This document shows, piece by piece, positions 25,212 through 34,390 of a DNA stretch of 62,016 nt; positions within the stretch are counted from its first letter, which is position 1; each line of letters starts with the position of its first letter. The stretch is from Candidatus Omnitrophota bacterium. Its GTDB lineage: Bacteria; Omnitrophota; Gorgyraeia; Ghiorseimicrobiales; Ghiorseimicrobiaceae. The position numbers and the translations under genes were made by a program. The notes under the pieces were generated by a model, which was not told the DNA's origin, ran no database searches, and saw only the letters and a list, made by a program, of their open reading frames with translations. Location of the stretch: contig JAUXSB010000036.1 of the NCBI GenBank assembly GCA_030681595.1, positions 1 through 62,016 of the forward strand, written 5' to 3'.

Positions 25212-26840
25212 TTATCCTTCCGGGGTTACCCGCATAATCTCTTCTACGGCGATTTCTCCTTTTAAGGCCTTCTCTATGGCGTCCTCTCTTAGCGTGCGCA
25301 TGCCGTGCGCGCGGGCGTAAGCTCTGATTTCATCTAACGGTGCCCTCTTTAATATCATCTGCCGCACAACATCATCCACGCTTAACGCCTCCACCACAGC
25401 AACCCTTCCCAAATAACCGCTCTTATTGCAGGCATCGCAACCCGCCCCGCGATAAAGTACGACATTTTTCTCTAAAACAAACGCCGATAAGCCGGCAATG
25501 CTTCCGGTGGGAACCTCATACGGCTCTTTACATTTTACGCAGATTTTACGCGCCAAGCGCTGGGCCGCGACTAAAATTAAAGTGGAAGCAATAAGAAAAG
25601 GCTCAACCTTCATGTCCATAAGCCGCACTATCGCGCTGGGCGCGTCATTAGTATGCAGGGTGCTTAAGATAATATGCCCTGTCAGGGCTGCCTTCATTGC
25701 TATGTCCACAGTTTCATAATCACGAATTTCTCCGACCATTATTACGTCGGGGCTTTGCCTCAATACCGCCCGAAGGGCCGCGGCAAAATTAAGGCCGATA
25801 TCCGGTTTTACCTGTATTTGCGTCAACCCTTTCATCTGGTATTCTACCGGGTCTTCAACGGTAACTAAATGTTTGTGGGGAGTATTTAGCCTGCCCATAA
25901 TGGAATAAAGCGTGGTAGATTTTCCTGAACCGGTGGGGCCGGTCAAAAGAATCATCCCGTATGGCTTGCTTGCTGCCTCTGTAAATGCCTCCAGCGCGTA
26001 AGTAGAAAACCCCAGCCTTCCTAAATCCATAGACATGCTGGTTTTATCCAAAATCCTTAAAACTGCCTTCTCCCCGAAATGAACGGGTAAAATGGATACG
26101 CGGAAATCCACCTCCTTGTCTTTTAATTTTAAAGAGAACCTGCCATCCTGCGGCGTGCGCCTTATGGTTATGTCTAAACCCGACACAATCTTAATCCTGG
26201 CAATGATAGCCGCGGTATTCTCGCGAAATAACGGGGTACGTTCCTGCATAATACCGTCTATACGGAACCTTAAGCGCAACACATCCGAATACGGCTCTAT
26301 GTGAATATCACTTGCGCGTAAATCAATCGCATCTTTAACAATATTATTAACCATGTTGACTATCGCGGCGTCTTGGCTAACCCTGATTATTTCTTTAATA
26401 TCAAGGCCCTCCTCATCAACAGCGGCAGGCTTCCAAATAAGCTCAAGCTCTCTGTCTTTCTTAAGCGTTTCCTCGCCGATTAACAGGTCTATTACCAAAG
26501 AGCTATAATAATCATCCTGCGATTTTTTGATTTGAGGGGCGGTAGCCACCACCGGCTGGATATTGCACTTGGTAATAATCTTGAGGTTATCCAGCACAAA
26601 CACTTCAAAAGGGTCCACCATTGCAACAGTCAAAACCATCCCCATTTTTGCCAAAGGCATAATGCGGTAACTGCGCGCGAGATGTTCGGGAACAGCCTTT
26701 AAAACATCCGTGTCTACTTTATATTTAGCCAGATTTATCGGGGGGAAACCAGAATCTTCAGAAACGGCGATTAATTCCCTCTGTTCTTCGGAGACCTCTT
26801 GTAAATCAACAGCTTTTGGTTTTTTGATTCCTTCTTTCAT
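25212..26840 (-). CDS. pilB: type IV pilus assembly ATPase PilB (GspE family)
   Basis: 542 aa. T2SSE_N-type N-terminal domain, Walker A GPTGSGKST, Asp and His boxes, and the C-terminal CxxC..CxxC cluster (CVKCKEPY ... CDACNKSGY). Confidence 0.9.
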   Translation of the reverse strand: MKEGIKKPKAVDLQEVSEEQRELIAVSEDSGFPPINLAKYKVDTDVLKAVPEHLARSYRIMPLAKMGMVLTVAMVDPFEVFVLDNLKIITKCNIQPVVATAPQIKKSQDDYYSSLVIDLLIGEETLKKDRELELIWKPAAVDEEGLDIKEIIRVSQDAAIVNMVNNIVKDAIDLRASDIHIEPYSDVLRLRFRIDGIMQERTPLFRENTAAIIARIKIVSGLDITIRRTPQDGRFSLKLKDKEVDFRVSILPVHFGEKAVLRILDKTSMSMDLGRLGFSTYALEAFTEAASKPYGMILLTGPTGSGKSTTLYSIMGRLNTPHKHLVTVEDPVEYQMKGLTQIQVKPDIGLNFAAALRAVLRQSPDVIMVGEIRDYETVDIAMKAALTGHIILSTLHTNDAPSAIVRLMDMKVEPFLIASTLILVAAQRLARKICVKCKEPYEVPTGSIAGLSAFVLEKNVVLYRGAGCDACNKSGYLGRVAVVEALSVDDVVRQMILKRAPLDEIRAYARAHGMRTLREDAIEKALKGEIAVEEIMRVTPEG

Positions 26841-26843
26841 TTA

Positions 26844-26990
26844 CCCCGTTAGAGATAGCCCCGAAACTTCGGGGTGTCTACTCTTCGTAATCCTGCTGAT
26901 AAAATTTATGCTTCTATAATCACCAAACCCCGCTTGCTATGAAGAAAAGCGTTATCCCCGCCAGACTGAAGTCGGGCTGGTCTAACGGGG
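26844..26990. mobile_element. MITE-like element copy b
   Basis: 147 bp. The left module CCCCGTTAGAGATAGCCCCGAAACTTCGGGGTGTCTA is nearly identical to copy a. The right end is GGTCTAACGGGG (10-bp inverted repeat). It fills the whole spacer between the MshE-like ATPase stop (26992) and the pilB start (26840). Confidence 0.6.
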
Positions 26991-26991
26991 T

Positions 26992-28212
26992 TCATTTAGT
27001 AGTTACCCTTACCACCTCTTCCATTGTAGTTATGCCCCCCGCCGCTAAGCTCACCGCGATCTCCCGTAAAAGAATCATCCCTTCTTCCCGGGCGCACTTA
27101 CGGATTTCTGATTCGGGAGCGTTAGAGATAATGAGTTTCCTGATATTGGGGCTTACTTCCATAGTTTCTGCCAAGGCGACCCTGCTTTTATATCCGGTAT
27201 TATTACATCCAACACAGCCTTTGGCTTTATACAGCTGCGACACCTCTTTTATTCTCGGGTTTTCCGCTTTAATTCCGGCGGCCACCTCCATGGATACCGG
27301 ATACGGCTCTTTGCATTCGGAACAAAGCGTCCTCAATAAAACCTGGCAGGAAATTAAAAGGCAGGACGAGCTAATCAGAAAAGGTTCCACCCCCATGTCT
27401 CTTAGCCTTATCATGGCGCTGGAGGCAGAGGTGGTATGCAGAGTAGAAAGCAAAAGGTGCCCGGTTAAAGCCGCCTTAACCGCGATATCCGCCGTCTCAG
27501 AATCGCGAATTTCTCCGATAAGAATAATATCGGGGTCCTGTCTTAATATTGAGCGAAGCGCAGATACAAACGTAAGCCCGATGCTCTCCTGAACCGCCAC
27601 CTGATTTATCCCGGATAATTCATATTCAATCGGGTCTTCAACAGTAAGGATATTGGTCTCGACTGAATTAATAAAATTTATTGCCGAATAAAGCGTGGTA
27701 GTTTTGCCGGAGCCTGTCGGGCCGCAGACTAAAATCATGCCGAACGGCTTAATTAGGTTGCGCTTAAATAAAACGAGTGTCCTCTCATCAAACCCCAATT
27801 TATTTATATCTAAAATTATCTTTGATTTATCCAAGACGCGCAAGACTATCTTTTCCCCCATGCTCGTAGGAACTATTGAGACGCGGAAATCCACATCACG
27901 CGCCTGAAACTGCATACGGAACCGCCCCTCCTGCGGCAGGCGGTGCTCGGCAATATCCAGGCCTGCCATTACTTTAATGCGGCTGACTATGCCCGAATGG
28001 AATGAAACCGGCAGAGTTATACGCTCATAGAGGATGCCGTCTATCCTATAACGAATCCTCACCGCTTCAGGGTCCGGTTCTATAAAAATATCACTGGTTT
28101 TCTGGTCTATACCGAGAGCTAAAATTTTGGTCACCGCTTTTACCGTTGGCCCATGCGCAACTATGGACTTAGAAATATCCTGTTCAAGTTTTTTAGATTC
28201 CTCCTGCTCCAT
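26992..28212 (-). CDS. GspE/MshE-type secretion ATPase lacking its N-terminal regulatory domain
   Basis: 406 aa. Walker A GPTGSGKTT, Walker B/Asp box, His box, tetracysteine CSECKEPY ... CVGCNNTGY. The start ATG overlaps the end of the upstream MshEN ORF by 20 nt and has its own SD, AGGGAG. Confidence 0.88.
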   Translation of the reverse strand: MEQEESKKLEQDISKSIVAHGPTVKAVTKILALGIDQKTSDIFIEPDPEAVRIRYRIDGILYERITLPVSFHSGIVSRIKVMAGLDIAEHRLPQEGRFRMQFQARDVDFRVSIVPTSMGEKIVLRVLDKSKIILDINKLGFDERTLVLFKRNLIKPFGMILVCGPTGSGKTTTLYSAINFINSVETNILTVEDPIEYELSGINQVAVQESIGLTFVSALRSILRQDPDIILIGEIRDSETADIAVKAALTGHLLLSTLHTTSASSAMIRLRDMGVEPFLISSSCLLISCQVLLRTLCSECKEPYPVSMEVAAGIKAENPRIKEVSQLYKAKGCVGCNNTGYKSRVALAETMEVSPNIRKLIISNAPESEIRKCAREEGMILLREIAVSLAAGGITTMEEVVRVTTK

Positions 28213-28651
28213 AATTCTCCCTTTGCGCCTTCTTTAATTCTGAAGGCGTAGTAACAAAAATTTTTATCTTCAGGCCCAGGGCTTCCTCTAAGCCCTTAAG
28301 CGAATCTTCATCTAGCGGGTTTAACATCGCCACGGTAAGAATGTTGCCTATCCTGTCTACGGGCATGATATTAAATTTTTCGGCGCTTTCTTGAGGAACG
28401 AGCGTTAGGGTTTCCTCATCGATAGAACAGTTGGCAATCTTGATATAGGGATAGCCCAATTGCATTGCCAAAGCGCTGTAAATTTCCTCCTCGGTGACAT
28501 AACCTAAATCGCTTAAGACTTCGCCTAAAACCTTCCCCTTGCACTTGGTGCGCTGCAAGATTAATGCCTCTTCCAGGCGTTCTTTAGTAATTACGCCTTT
28601 TTCTAAAAGGAGTTCACCAAGCCGGGTTTTTAATCTTCGTTTTGGCGGCAT
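28193..28651 (-). CDS. stand-alone T2SSE_N / MshEN domain protein (predicted c-di-GMP receptor)
   Basis: 152 aa. RLGELLLEKGVITKERLEEALILQ matches the MshEN motif RLGxx(L/V/I)(L/V/I)xxG(L/V/I/F)(L/V/I)xxxxLxxxLxxQ exactly. A second, degenerate copy follows (VLGEVLSDLGYVTEEEIYSALAMQ). Confidence 0.75.
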   Translation of the reverse strand: MPPKRRLKTRLGELLLEKGVITKERLEEALILQRTKCKGKVLGEVLSDLGYVTEEEIYSALAMQLGYPYIKIANCSIDEETLTLVPQESAEKFNIMPVDRIGNILTVAMLNPLDEDSLKGLEEALGLKIKIFVTTPSELKKAQRENYGAGGI

Positions 28652-28662
28652 ATCTTATGGGC

Positions 28663-28816
28663 ACATAACTTACGAACATATGGTGCAGTAAGTTATAAGT
28701 GCGAGTTAGGCCCCACACCCAGATACTTCGAAGTATTTCTTCCTTAAGCTGGGTGTGGGGTTAAATTCAACCAGATAAGTTATGCCGCCGTATAATTAGG
28801 CATCCATAACTTATGC
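28663..28816 (-). repeat. cluster of three hairpins (TATAACTTA words; CCCCACACCCAG/CTGGGTGTGGGG)
   Basis: cacataacttac...gtaagttataagtg (28663-28701). A perfect 12-bp stem at 28711-28722/28749-28760 encloses the palindrome atacttcgaagtat. ataagttatgcc...ggcatccataacttat (28775-28816). Confidence 0.75.
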
Positions 28817-28818
28817 CT

Positions 28819-31800
28819 TTATTTAATTTTCCTGCTTAATACTTTTTTTATCAAGAGCTGCATCTCTTTATTTTTTTCAATCTCAAGCAAACCGGATAAA
28901 ACATCGTCGGAATTTTTAGTGCCTATTACGCCCAGCGCTGACACCGCCTGCCGGCGCAACTCTAAATCTTCATGGTAAAGAAACGACTCAATTGCTTCAG
29001 ACAAACCCTCCTTGCCGAGGTAGCCGGCCAACTCCAGAAGAATCGACAGGTTTTCCTTGTTTTTTTCCTCGGACAAATATTTCTTTACTTTAACCAAGGC
29101 TGTCTCGCCCATTTCTTTTAAGACTGCGGCTACGCGTTTACGCATCGCATATCCCTCAAAAGAATCTTTGGCAATTTTCTTTGCGCTTAAGCAGATATCT
29201 AGCAGCGCATCGCAAGAAGCGCTACCTAAAATCTCAAGTAACGCTTTTACCCGTTTAGGCTCAGCCTGAAAATAATCCAAGATAACGGCAACCAGCATCT
29301 CCAAAAAGTTAACCACTTTTAATGTGCTTTGAATAAAGGTTGTTATCGCGCTATATAGGGCGGTATCTTCGGGAGCCTGAGATTTAAGCCTCTTCTCCAG
29401 GATGCTAAAAACCTCGGCAATAAACACCGCGTAATCTTTCCTAGAAGTCTTCTCTACGACCAAATACAACTCTTCCGGCTCCAGGCTTTTCATAAAGTCT
29501 TCGCTTAGCCATTTTATAATATCTAATATTTCGCTATAAACTTTGGGGTCGGCCTCAACCCTTAATATTTCAAGGAACACCTGGCATCTGCTTAAAATAT
29601 GGGTATCTTTACATATAAATTCTTTAATAATTTTGCTTATTTTTTTATGCGTCTCCAGATCGCTGGCTAAAGCTTTAAGCATAAATGATTGAATCAAGCT
29701 TTTAAACCCCGGGGTATCCTGCCCGTAAAACAGCTCTTCCATAAAGGCGCCGACGAGGCTTAAATCAATTGTCGCAAACTCTTCTTGCGGTAAATCGAGA
29801 AGGGCCTTTAACCTTTTCTCTCTCGCAAGCTTATTCCAACCGGACTTGCTACAAAGCGAGCCGACAGTCTCTTTATCCATCCCTAATTCCGTAAGCTTTG
29901 CCTCGACCAACGGCAGGACCTCCCGTTTTTTAGCCGCGGACGGCGTAGCCTTATCAATTAAATCTTTTACCACTAAAGGGTTATCTGAACCCTCGCGGAT
30001 ACTGCGCTCTATAAGGCTGACGATCTCCTGCGCGGAGAGCTTATTGATAATCTCTTCGGTAATGTTTGTTTTATTGGAAGAGGTTATCTGCGGCTTTAGG
30101 CGGATAAACTTAGCCTTCAGTTTCCAGTCCAATTCCTGAATAACCTTAGCTAAATTCTCTACCGCCTCGGAGGCGGCAAGGCGCTCAACAGGAATTTGCG
30201 CGCTGATTTTTTTTATCGTTTCGGCAAGCACATTAATTTCACCGGTTTTATCTTGCTTTCCGCTGGAGGCGGCAATTTTACTTATAGCCTCCGCAAACTT
30301 CCGCGGCTCCTCGGCGATCTTGGAAAGAAAGCTTTTTTTATCCACATCATCGTGGCCGACCTTACCGAGGAGAAACTCCATCATCATCGCGTCTTCAAAC
30401 TTCTTGCGTGGCCCTGCCCTGCCCAAGCTAGATTTGGCAATTTCTTCATAACTAAACTCATCTATCCTGATATGGGCCAGCCTTTTTTCCTGAATAACCG
30501 CCTTCCATATATTCTTATTCGTCGCTGAGCGCCTTGGCTGGCTAAAATTATCTAAAAATATACTTACTTCTTCTTCGTTAATACCCTGAGTAAATGAAAG
30601 GGATTTTATGTTGCTTTCTACCATAAGAGAAATAAAATCTCCTTCGCCTAATTCCTGAATCTCACGCAAAGAAAAACGCCTGCCGTTTATTACAAGGCTG
30701 TTTCCCGATTCGATAATCTCTAATCTCGGCGTATCTTGCAGGATCAACTCCAGGCTATGGTAAATATCCATCACGAAATTGTTGCGTATAGAGCTACCCG
30801 TGGGGTAAAGCTGAAAATTCTTTACCGCCGACTGGGTCAATTTTATCAGCCGGGATATCTCGACTCGCGTCAGCGCAACCAGCTCTAATTTAATCTCTTT
30901 CTCTTCTCCTGTTTTTATTGCTCTGGCGGCAAATTCCTTGAGGTAATCAACGACTTCTGCCGGATTGAATAGATCCGAGGCCCTTTCTTCTAGGAGGCGG
31001 CCGTATTTGTCGGAAATAACTCCGGCGGCGGCCTTTCCAAAATGCAGCGAAAGATCAGCCGCCACATCGGATAAATCATCCTCGTGCTCTGAGGCCAACA
31101 TCTCGCCTATTTTCTGATGCAGGTTTTTTTGCTCTTCTTCGCTTAACTCGTTATACAGCGCGTCCTGTATCCCGCTGCTAATAAAATTAAATTTGCCGAT
31201 TTTCTCCGACTCTTTTACCAAATGCTTCTTCTTCGCCCGGGCCATTACTTCAAATATGTAACCTTCGTTTTTTTCGCCTAATTTTTTAAGTAAATCGACA
31301 CTAAAGTCTTCTCCGATAACCGCTGCCTGCACTATCAGCTCCTTAGTTTCTTTATCCAGCGTCTTTACCCGCCTCTTAATAGTTTCTTCCAATGAATTGG
31401 GTATATCTATTGCCTCAAGGCCCGCGGCCAGGCCCCATCCGTTATCTTTATAAACTAAAAGCTTATTCTCCGCCAGCGACTTAAATATCTCCTCAATAAA
31501 AGCCGGGTTTCCTTTAGTGATCTCAAAAATAGAGTCGCTTAATTCCTTGATTTGTTTTAAGCCGGGGAACATCGCTTCAATCATCTCACGCGTATCGCGT
31601 TTAGCTAAATCCGGTAACGGTATTTCTATGGCATTTTCGCCGTTATGCAGATATTCTAACAACTGCGCAAGGGCGCTTTTTTCTCCCCGCTCAACAACAG
31701 GTTTGCCTTTTAAGGTAGCTATGGCCAATATTTTTCTTTTCTTCTCGTATTTAATGAGGTAATGCAATAATTCTATGCTGGCGTTATCCGCCCACTGCAA

Positions 31801-32865
31801 ATCATCAAAATAGAGGATCAACGGATTCTTAGAATTTATCGCGATCAACAAATCCAACATTGACTTAAACAGTAACGCCCTTGCTTCTTTGCCTGCCAAG
31901 GACGATCTTGCGCCCTCTATCTGCGGAAGCAATTTAGCCAATTCGGCTAATTCATCTTCGGGGAGAATAGAGATGAGTTCTTGGGCCTGCAGGCTATGCG
32001 GGCGTATATTGCTTAAATAATTATCTAGTGCTGCGGCAAAAAGATAATAAGGGTCTTCCGCATGTTTGTGAGCGCCTTTGGCGGTAAGGACTACCGCCTC
32101 ATTTTTGGCATAATTACTAAACTCTTCCGCTAACCTGCTCTTCCCCGTGCCTGTCTCGCCGTAAATAAGAACGGCGGTTAAAAGGCCCTTGCTTAAAACC
32201 GTACCGCTATATGCCTCTTTAAGCTTCGCCATCTCGGTATCTCTGTCAATAAATTTTGGGCAAGGAAAAAAATCCAGGGCCATCTGGGTAGCCGCGCTCT
32301 CCAGAGTAACTTCCTGCGAATACGAAATTTGGTTTTTCCCTTTTTCCTTAGATAAATAGAGGGCCTTATCGGCAAGGTCTATCAGCTTATCTACCTCGGT
32401 AGAATCAGCCGGGCAAAGAGAAAAACCCATGCTTATAGTCAGGCGTATCTCCTGCCCATCTTTAGCCCGGAAAGATGTTTGGGCTATTTGTTCAACTAAA
32501 CGCTTTCCCAGGCTTAGTCCCGTCTCTTTGTCAACTCCGGGGAGTAATACCATAAACTCATCTCCGGCGTAGCGTATTACCATATCAGTCAGCCTGCGGG
32601 TTTTCTTCAGCGCTTCAGAAAACTGTTTTAAAATTTCGTCTCCGGAAAGATGCCCGCATGTGTCATTTAACTCTTTAAAATTATCTATGTCTATGATAAA
32701 TACTCCCAAAGAATAATCGCTGAATTGCGATTTTTTGATTTCCTGGGGAAGAAACTCGTAGAGGTAATAACGGTTAAATAACCCCGTCAGAGGATCAATA
32801 AAGGTGGGTTTTTCAAAACGGATGTCTTTAACCGGTTCCTGAGGGCGCAATTTCTCATTGTCCAT
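28819..32865 (-). CDS. GGDEF (diguanylate cyclase) - STAND/AAA_16 NTPase - helical/HEAT-repeat protein
   Basis: 1348 aa. N-terminal GGDEF domain (DPLTGLFNR, DIDNFKELNDTCGHLSGD, RYAGDEF with RLTD five residues upstream, which is I-site-like). Walker A GETGTGKSRL and Walker B LILYFDDLQWAD. Long alpha-helical region ending in HEAT-like repeats (EDLELRRQAVSALGVIG). Confidence 0.8.
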   Translation of the reverse strand: MDNEKLRPQEPVKDIRFEKPTFIDPLTGLFNRYYLYEFLPQEIKKSQFSDYSLGVFIIDIDNFKELNDTCGHLSGDEILKQFSEALKKTRRLTDMVIRYAGDEFMVLLPGVDKETGLSLGKRLVEQIAQTSFRAKDGQEIRLTISMGFSLCPADSTEVDKLIDLADKALYLSKEKGKNQISYSQEVTLESAATQMALDFFPCPKFIDRDTEMAKLKEAYSGTVLSKGLLTAVLIYGETGTGKSRLAEEFSNYAKNEAVVLTAKGAHKHAEDPYYLFAAALDNYLSNIRPHSLQAQELISILPEDELAELAKLLPQIEGARSSLAGKEARALLFKSMLDLLIAINSKNPLILYFDDLQWADNASIELLHYLIKYEKKRKILAIATLKGKPVVERGEKSALAQLLEYLHNGENAIEIPLPDLAKRDTREMIEAMFPGLKQIKELSDSIFEITKGNPAFIEEIFKSLAENKLLVYKDNGWGLAAGLEAIDIPNSLEETIKRRVKTLDKETKELIVQAAVIGEDFSVDLLKKLGEKNEGYIFEVMARAKKKHLVKESEKIGKFNFISSGIQDALYNELSEEEQKNLHQKIGEMLASEHEDDLSDVAADLSLHFGKAAAGVISDKYGRLLEERASDLFNPAEVVDYLKEFAARAIKTGEEKEIKLELVALTRVEISRLIKLTQSAVKNFQLYPTGSSIRNNFVMDIYHSLELILQDTPRLEIIESGNSLVINGRRFSLREIQELGEGDFISLMVESNIKSLSFTQGINEEEVSIFLDNFSQPRRSATNKNIWKAVIQEKRLAHIRIDEFSYEEIAKSSLGRAGPRKKFEDAMMMEFLLGKVGHDDVDKKSFLSKIAEEPRKFAEAISKIAASSGKQDKTGEINVLAETIKKISAQIPVERLAASEAVENLAKVIQELDWKLKAKFIRLKPQITSSNKTNITEEIINKLSAQEIVSLIERSIREGSDNPLVVKDLIDKATPSAAKKREVLPLVEAKLTELGMDKETVGSLCSKSGWNKLAREKRLKALLDLPQEEFATIDLSLVGAFMEELFYGQDTPGFKSLIQSFMLKALASDLETHKKISKIIKEFICKDTHILSRCQVFLEILRVEADPKVYSEILDIIKWLSEDFMKSLEPEELYLVVEKTSRKDYAVFIAEVFSILEKRLKSQAPEDTALYSAITTFIQSTLKVVNFLEMLVAVILDYFQAEPKRVKALLEILGSASCDALLDICLSAKKIAKDSFEGYAMRKRVAAVLKEMGETALVKVKKYLSEEKNKENLSILLELAGYLGKEGLSEAIESFLYHEDLELRRQAVSALGVIGTKNSDDVLSGLLEIEKNKEMQLLIKKVLSRKIK

Positions 32866-33073
32866 TAGGAGTTATTATATAGCCTGCGCTATCGTGATGT
32901 CAATATGTTACTTGTATTAATAATACGCTAACTCTTTTAATCTCTAAATGTTTTGCGAATTCTTCCGGGGGATAACGGGAAAAGCGTAGGCAGATATTTT
33001 TCTAAAAAATTTTGCCGGGTAAACGGTGGGAGAATCGTAAATCCGCGCATTGGCTAAAAGCGCGCATAAAACG

Positions 33074-33625
33074 CTAGATCCAGCCGGCGACAATCTCAGA
33101 CAAAACTACGATATCTTCGGTGCAGAAGATTTTGGCAATACTGCGGTCAAAATGAATATTTGCCTCCGGCTCGAACTCGGAATCGCCGCGCCACATATTA
33201 ATTAAAAGCGGGATGCTTTCAAATGTTTCTATGACAATGCTGACGTCGGCCAGTTGCGTCCTTTTTGCCCCAAAACGCTCCAGCAATTCCAAGAGCCCGT
33301 CGGGATTTGTGCCATATTTACGCAATATCCGCGCAATTACGCGCTTTTTAAAGGTAGGGTAATAGCCGATGCTGCCCGGTAATTCTTGAAAAGAAATCCA
33401 CTCGCCGGTTAAGACAGGAAGGCCTTTAAGCGACTGGATAAGATAATGCAGAAGGACAATCGTTATGTGGTCTTTTGCCGGGACATTACATGCGAGAGAA
33501 AGAACCCGTCGCTTTTCCATATCGATGCTGTAATTATCCGCCAAAAAAGAAACGGCAGCCTCGTTTTTTTGAACAAGGCTGCCTAGCTCTTCCCACGCTT
33601 TGGATAATGCCGCATCATAAGGCAT
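33074..33625 (-). CDS. DUF3786-like protein
   Basis: 183 aa. ...ITIVLLHYLIQSLKGLPVLTGEWISFQELPGS..YYPTFKKRV... and ...IPLLINMWRGDSEFEPEANIHFD resemble the DUF3786 pattern as I recall it. No functional inference is possible. Confidence 0.45.
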   Translation of the reverse strand: MPYDAALSKAWEELGSLVQKNEAAVSFLADNYSIDMEKRRVLSLACNVPAKDHITIVLLHYLIQSLKGLPVLTGEWISFQELPGSIGYYPTFKKRVIARILRKYGTNPDGLLELLERFGAKRTQLADVSIVIETFESIPLLINMWRGDSEFEPEANIHFDRSIAKIFCTEDIVVLSEIVAGWI

Positions 33626-33634
33626 AACAATACC

Positions 33635-34327
33635 TTATTCGTATTTTATGTCGTCGAGATAAAAAATAACACCGTCGGGGTTAACATCTATATTGGTCGA
33701 CCAGACAAATCCTCCGATAATATGCGTTAGGTCTCTGCCTGATAAATCTATTGTGTATTGCTTCCATTCGCTAGTCAATGTCAGCGGGCCGACACCGGCA
33801 GTATCGGAATCCGAATATTCTCCGGAAATACCCCCCATTTTAATCTCTTGGATTACCTCGCCGCCTTTTTCGCCGCGAATCCAGAAAGTAAGTTTAGTCG
33901 CGCCGCCTAAATCATGGGATTTATCTACCCCGCCCCAATTATTTGCCGGGTACTGCCAGTAAATCCCTGCCCAGCGCGCCCCGCCTGTTGCTTTACTATT
34001 GTAGGTAACTTTAATACAAGTTGCGCCGCCGTGCGGATTATCGCCTGAGGCGTCTTCAAATTTTATATCCATATAATCACCCATCCAGCCCGAAGGAATA
34101 AAGTGATTGTCCGGTGAAGACTTATCCGAATATACCGGAAAAACCTTAAACGCGCCCTTTTCTGCCGGCACAACAGCCCGCTGCTCAACCGGCACAGCCG
34201 GCGTAGATACGACCATTGATGCCTTTTCTTCGGACGGAACACTCCTTGTTTCTTCGCCCTTGTTGCCGCCGCAACCCGACATCCACACTAAAAACACTAA
34301 AGATAGTACCCCTATTAGTTTTGCCAT
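33635..34327 (-). CDS. lipoprotein with C-terminal carbohydrate-binding-module-like beta-sandwich
   Basis: Lipobox LVWMSGC. The C-terminal region (ATCIKVTYNSKATGGARWAGIYWQYPANNWGG...TFWIRGEKGGE...WKQYTIDL) looks like a CBM/CIA30-type jelly roll. Confidence 0.5.
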   Translation of the reverse strand: MAKLIGVLSLVFLVWMSGCGGNKGEETRSVPSEEKASMVVSTPAVPVEQRAVVPAEKGAFKVFPVYSDKSSPDNHFIPSGWMGDYMDIKFEDASGDNPHGGATCIKVTYNSKATGGARWAGIYWQYPANNWGGVDKSHDLGGATKLTFWIRGEKGGEVIQEIKMGGISGEYSDSDTAGVGPLTLTSEWKQYTIDLSGRDLTHIIGGFVWSTNIDVNPDGVIFYLDDIKYE

Positions 34328-34390
34328 TTTGCGCCCCTTTCTTTAATAATGTATCGTTAATATAATAACACAAAACCCGCTCCGGTCAAG

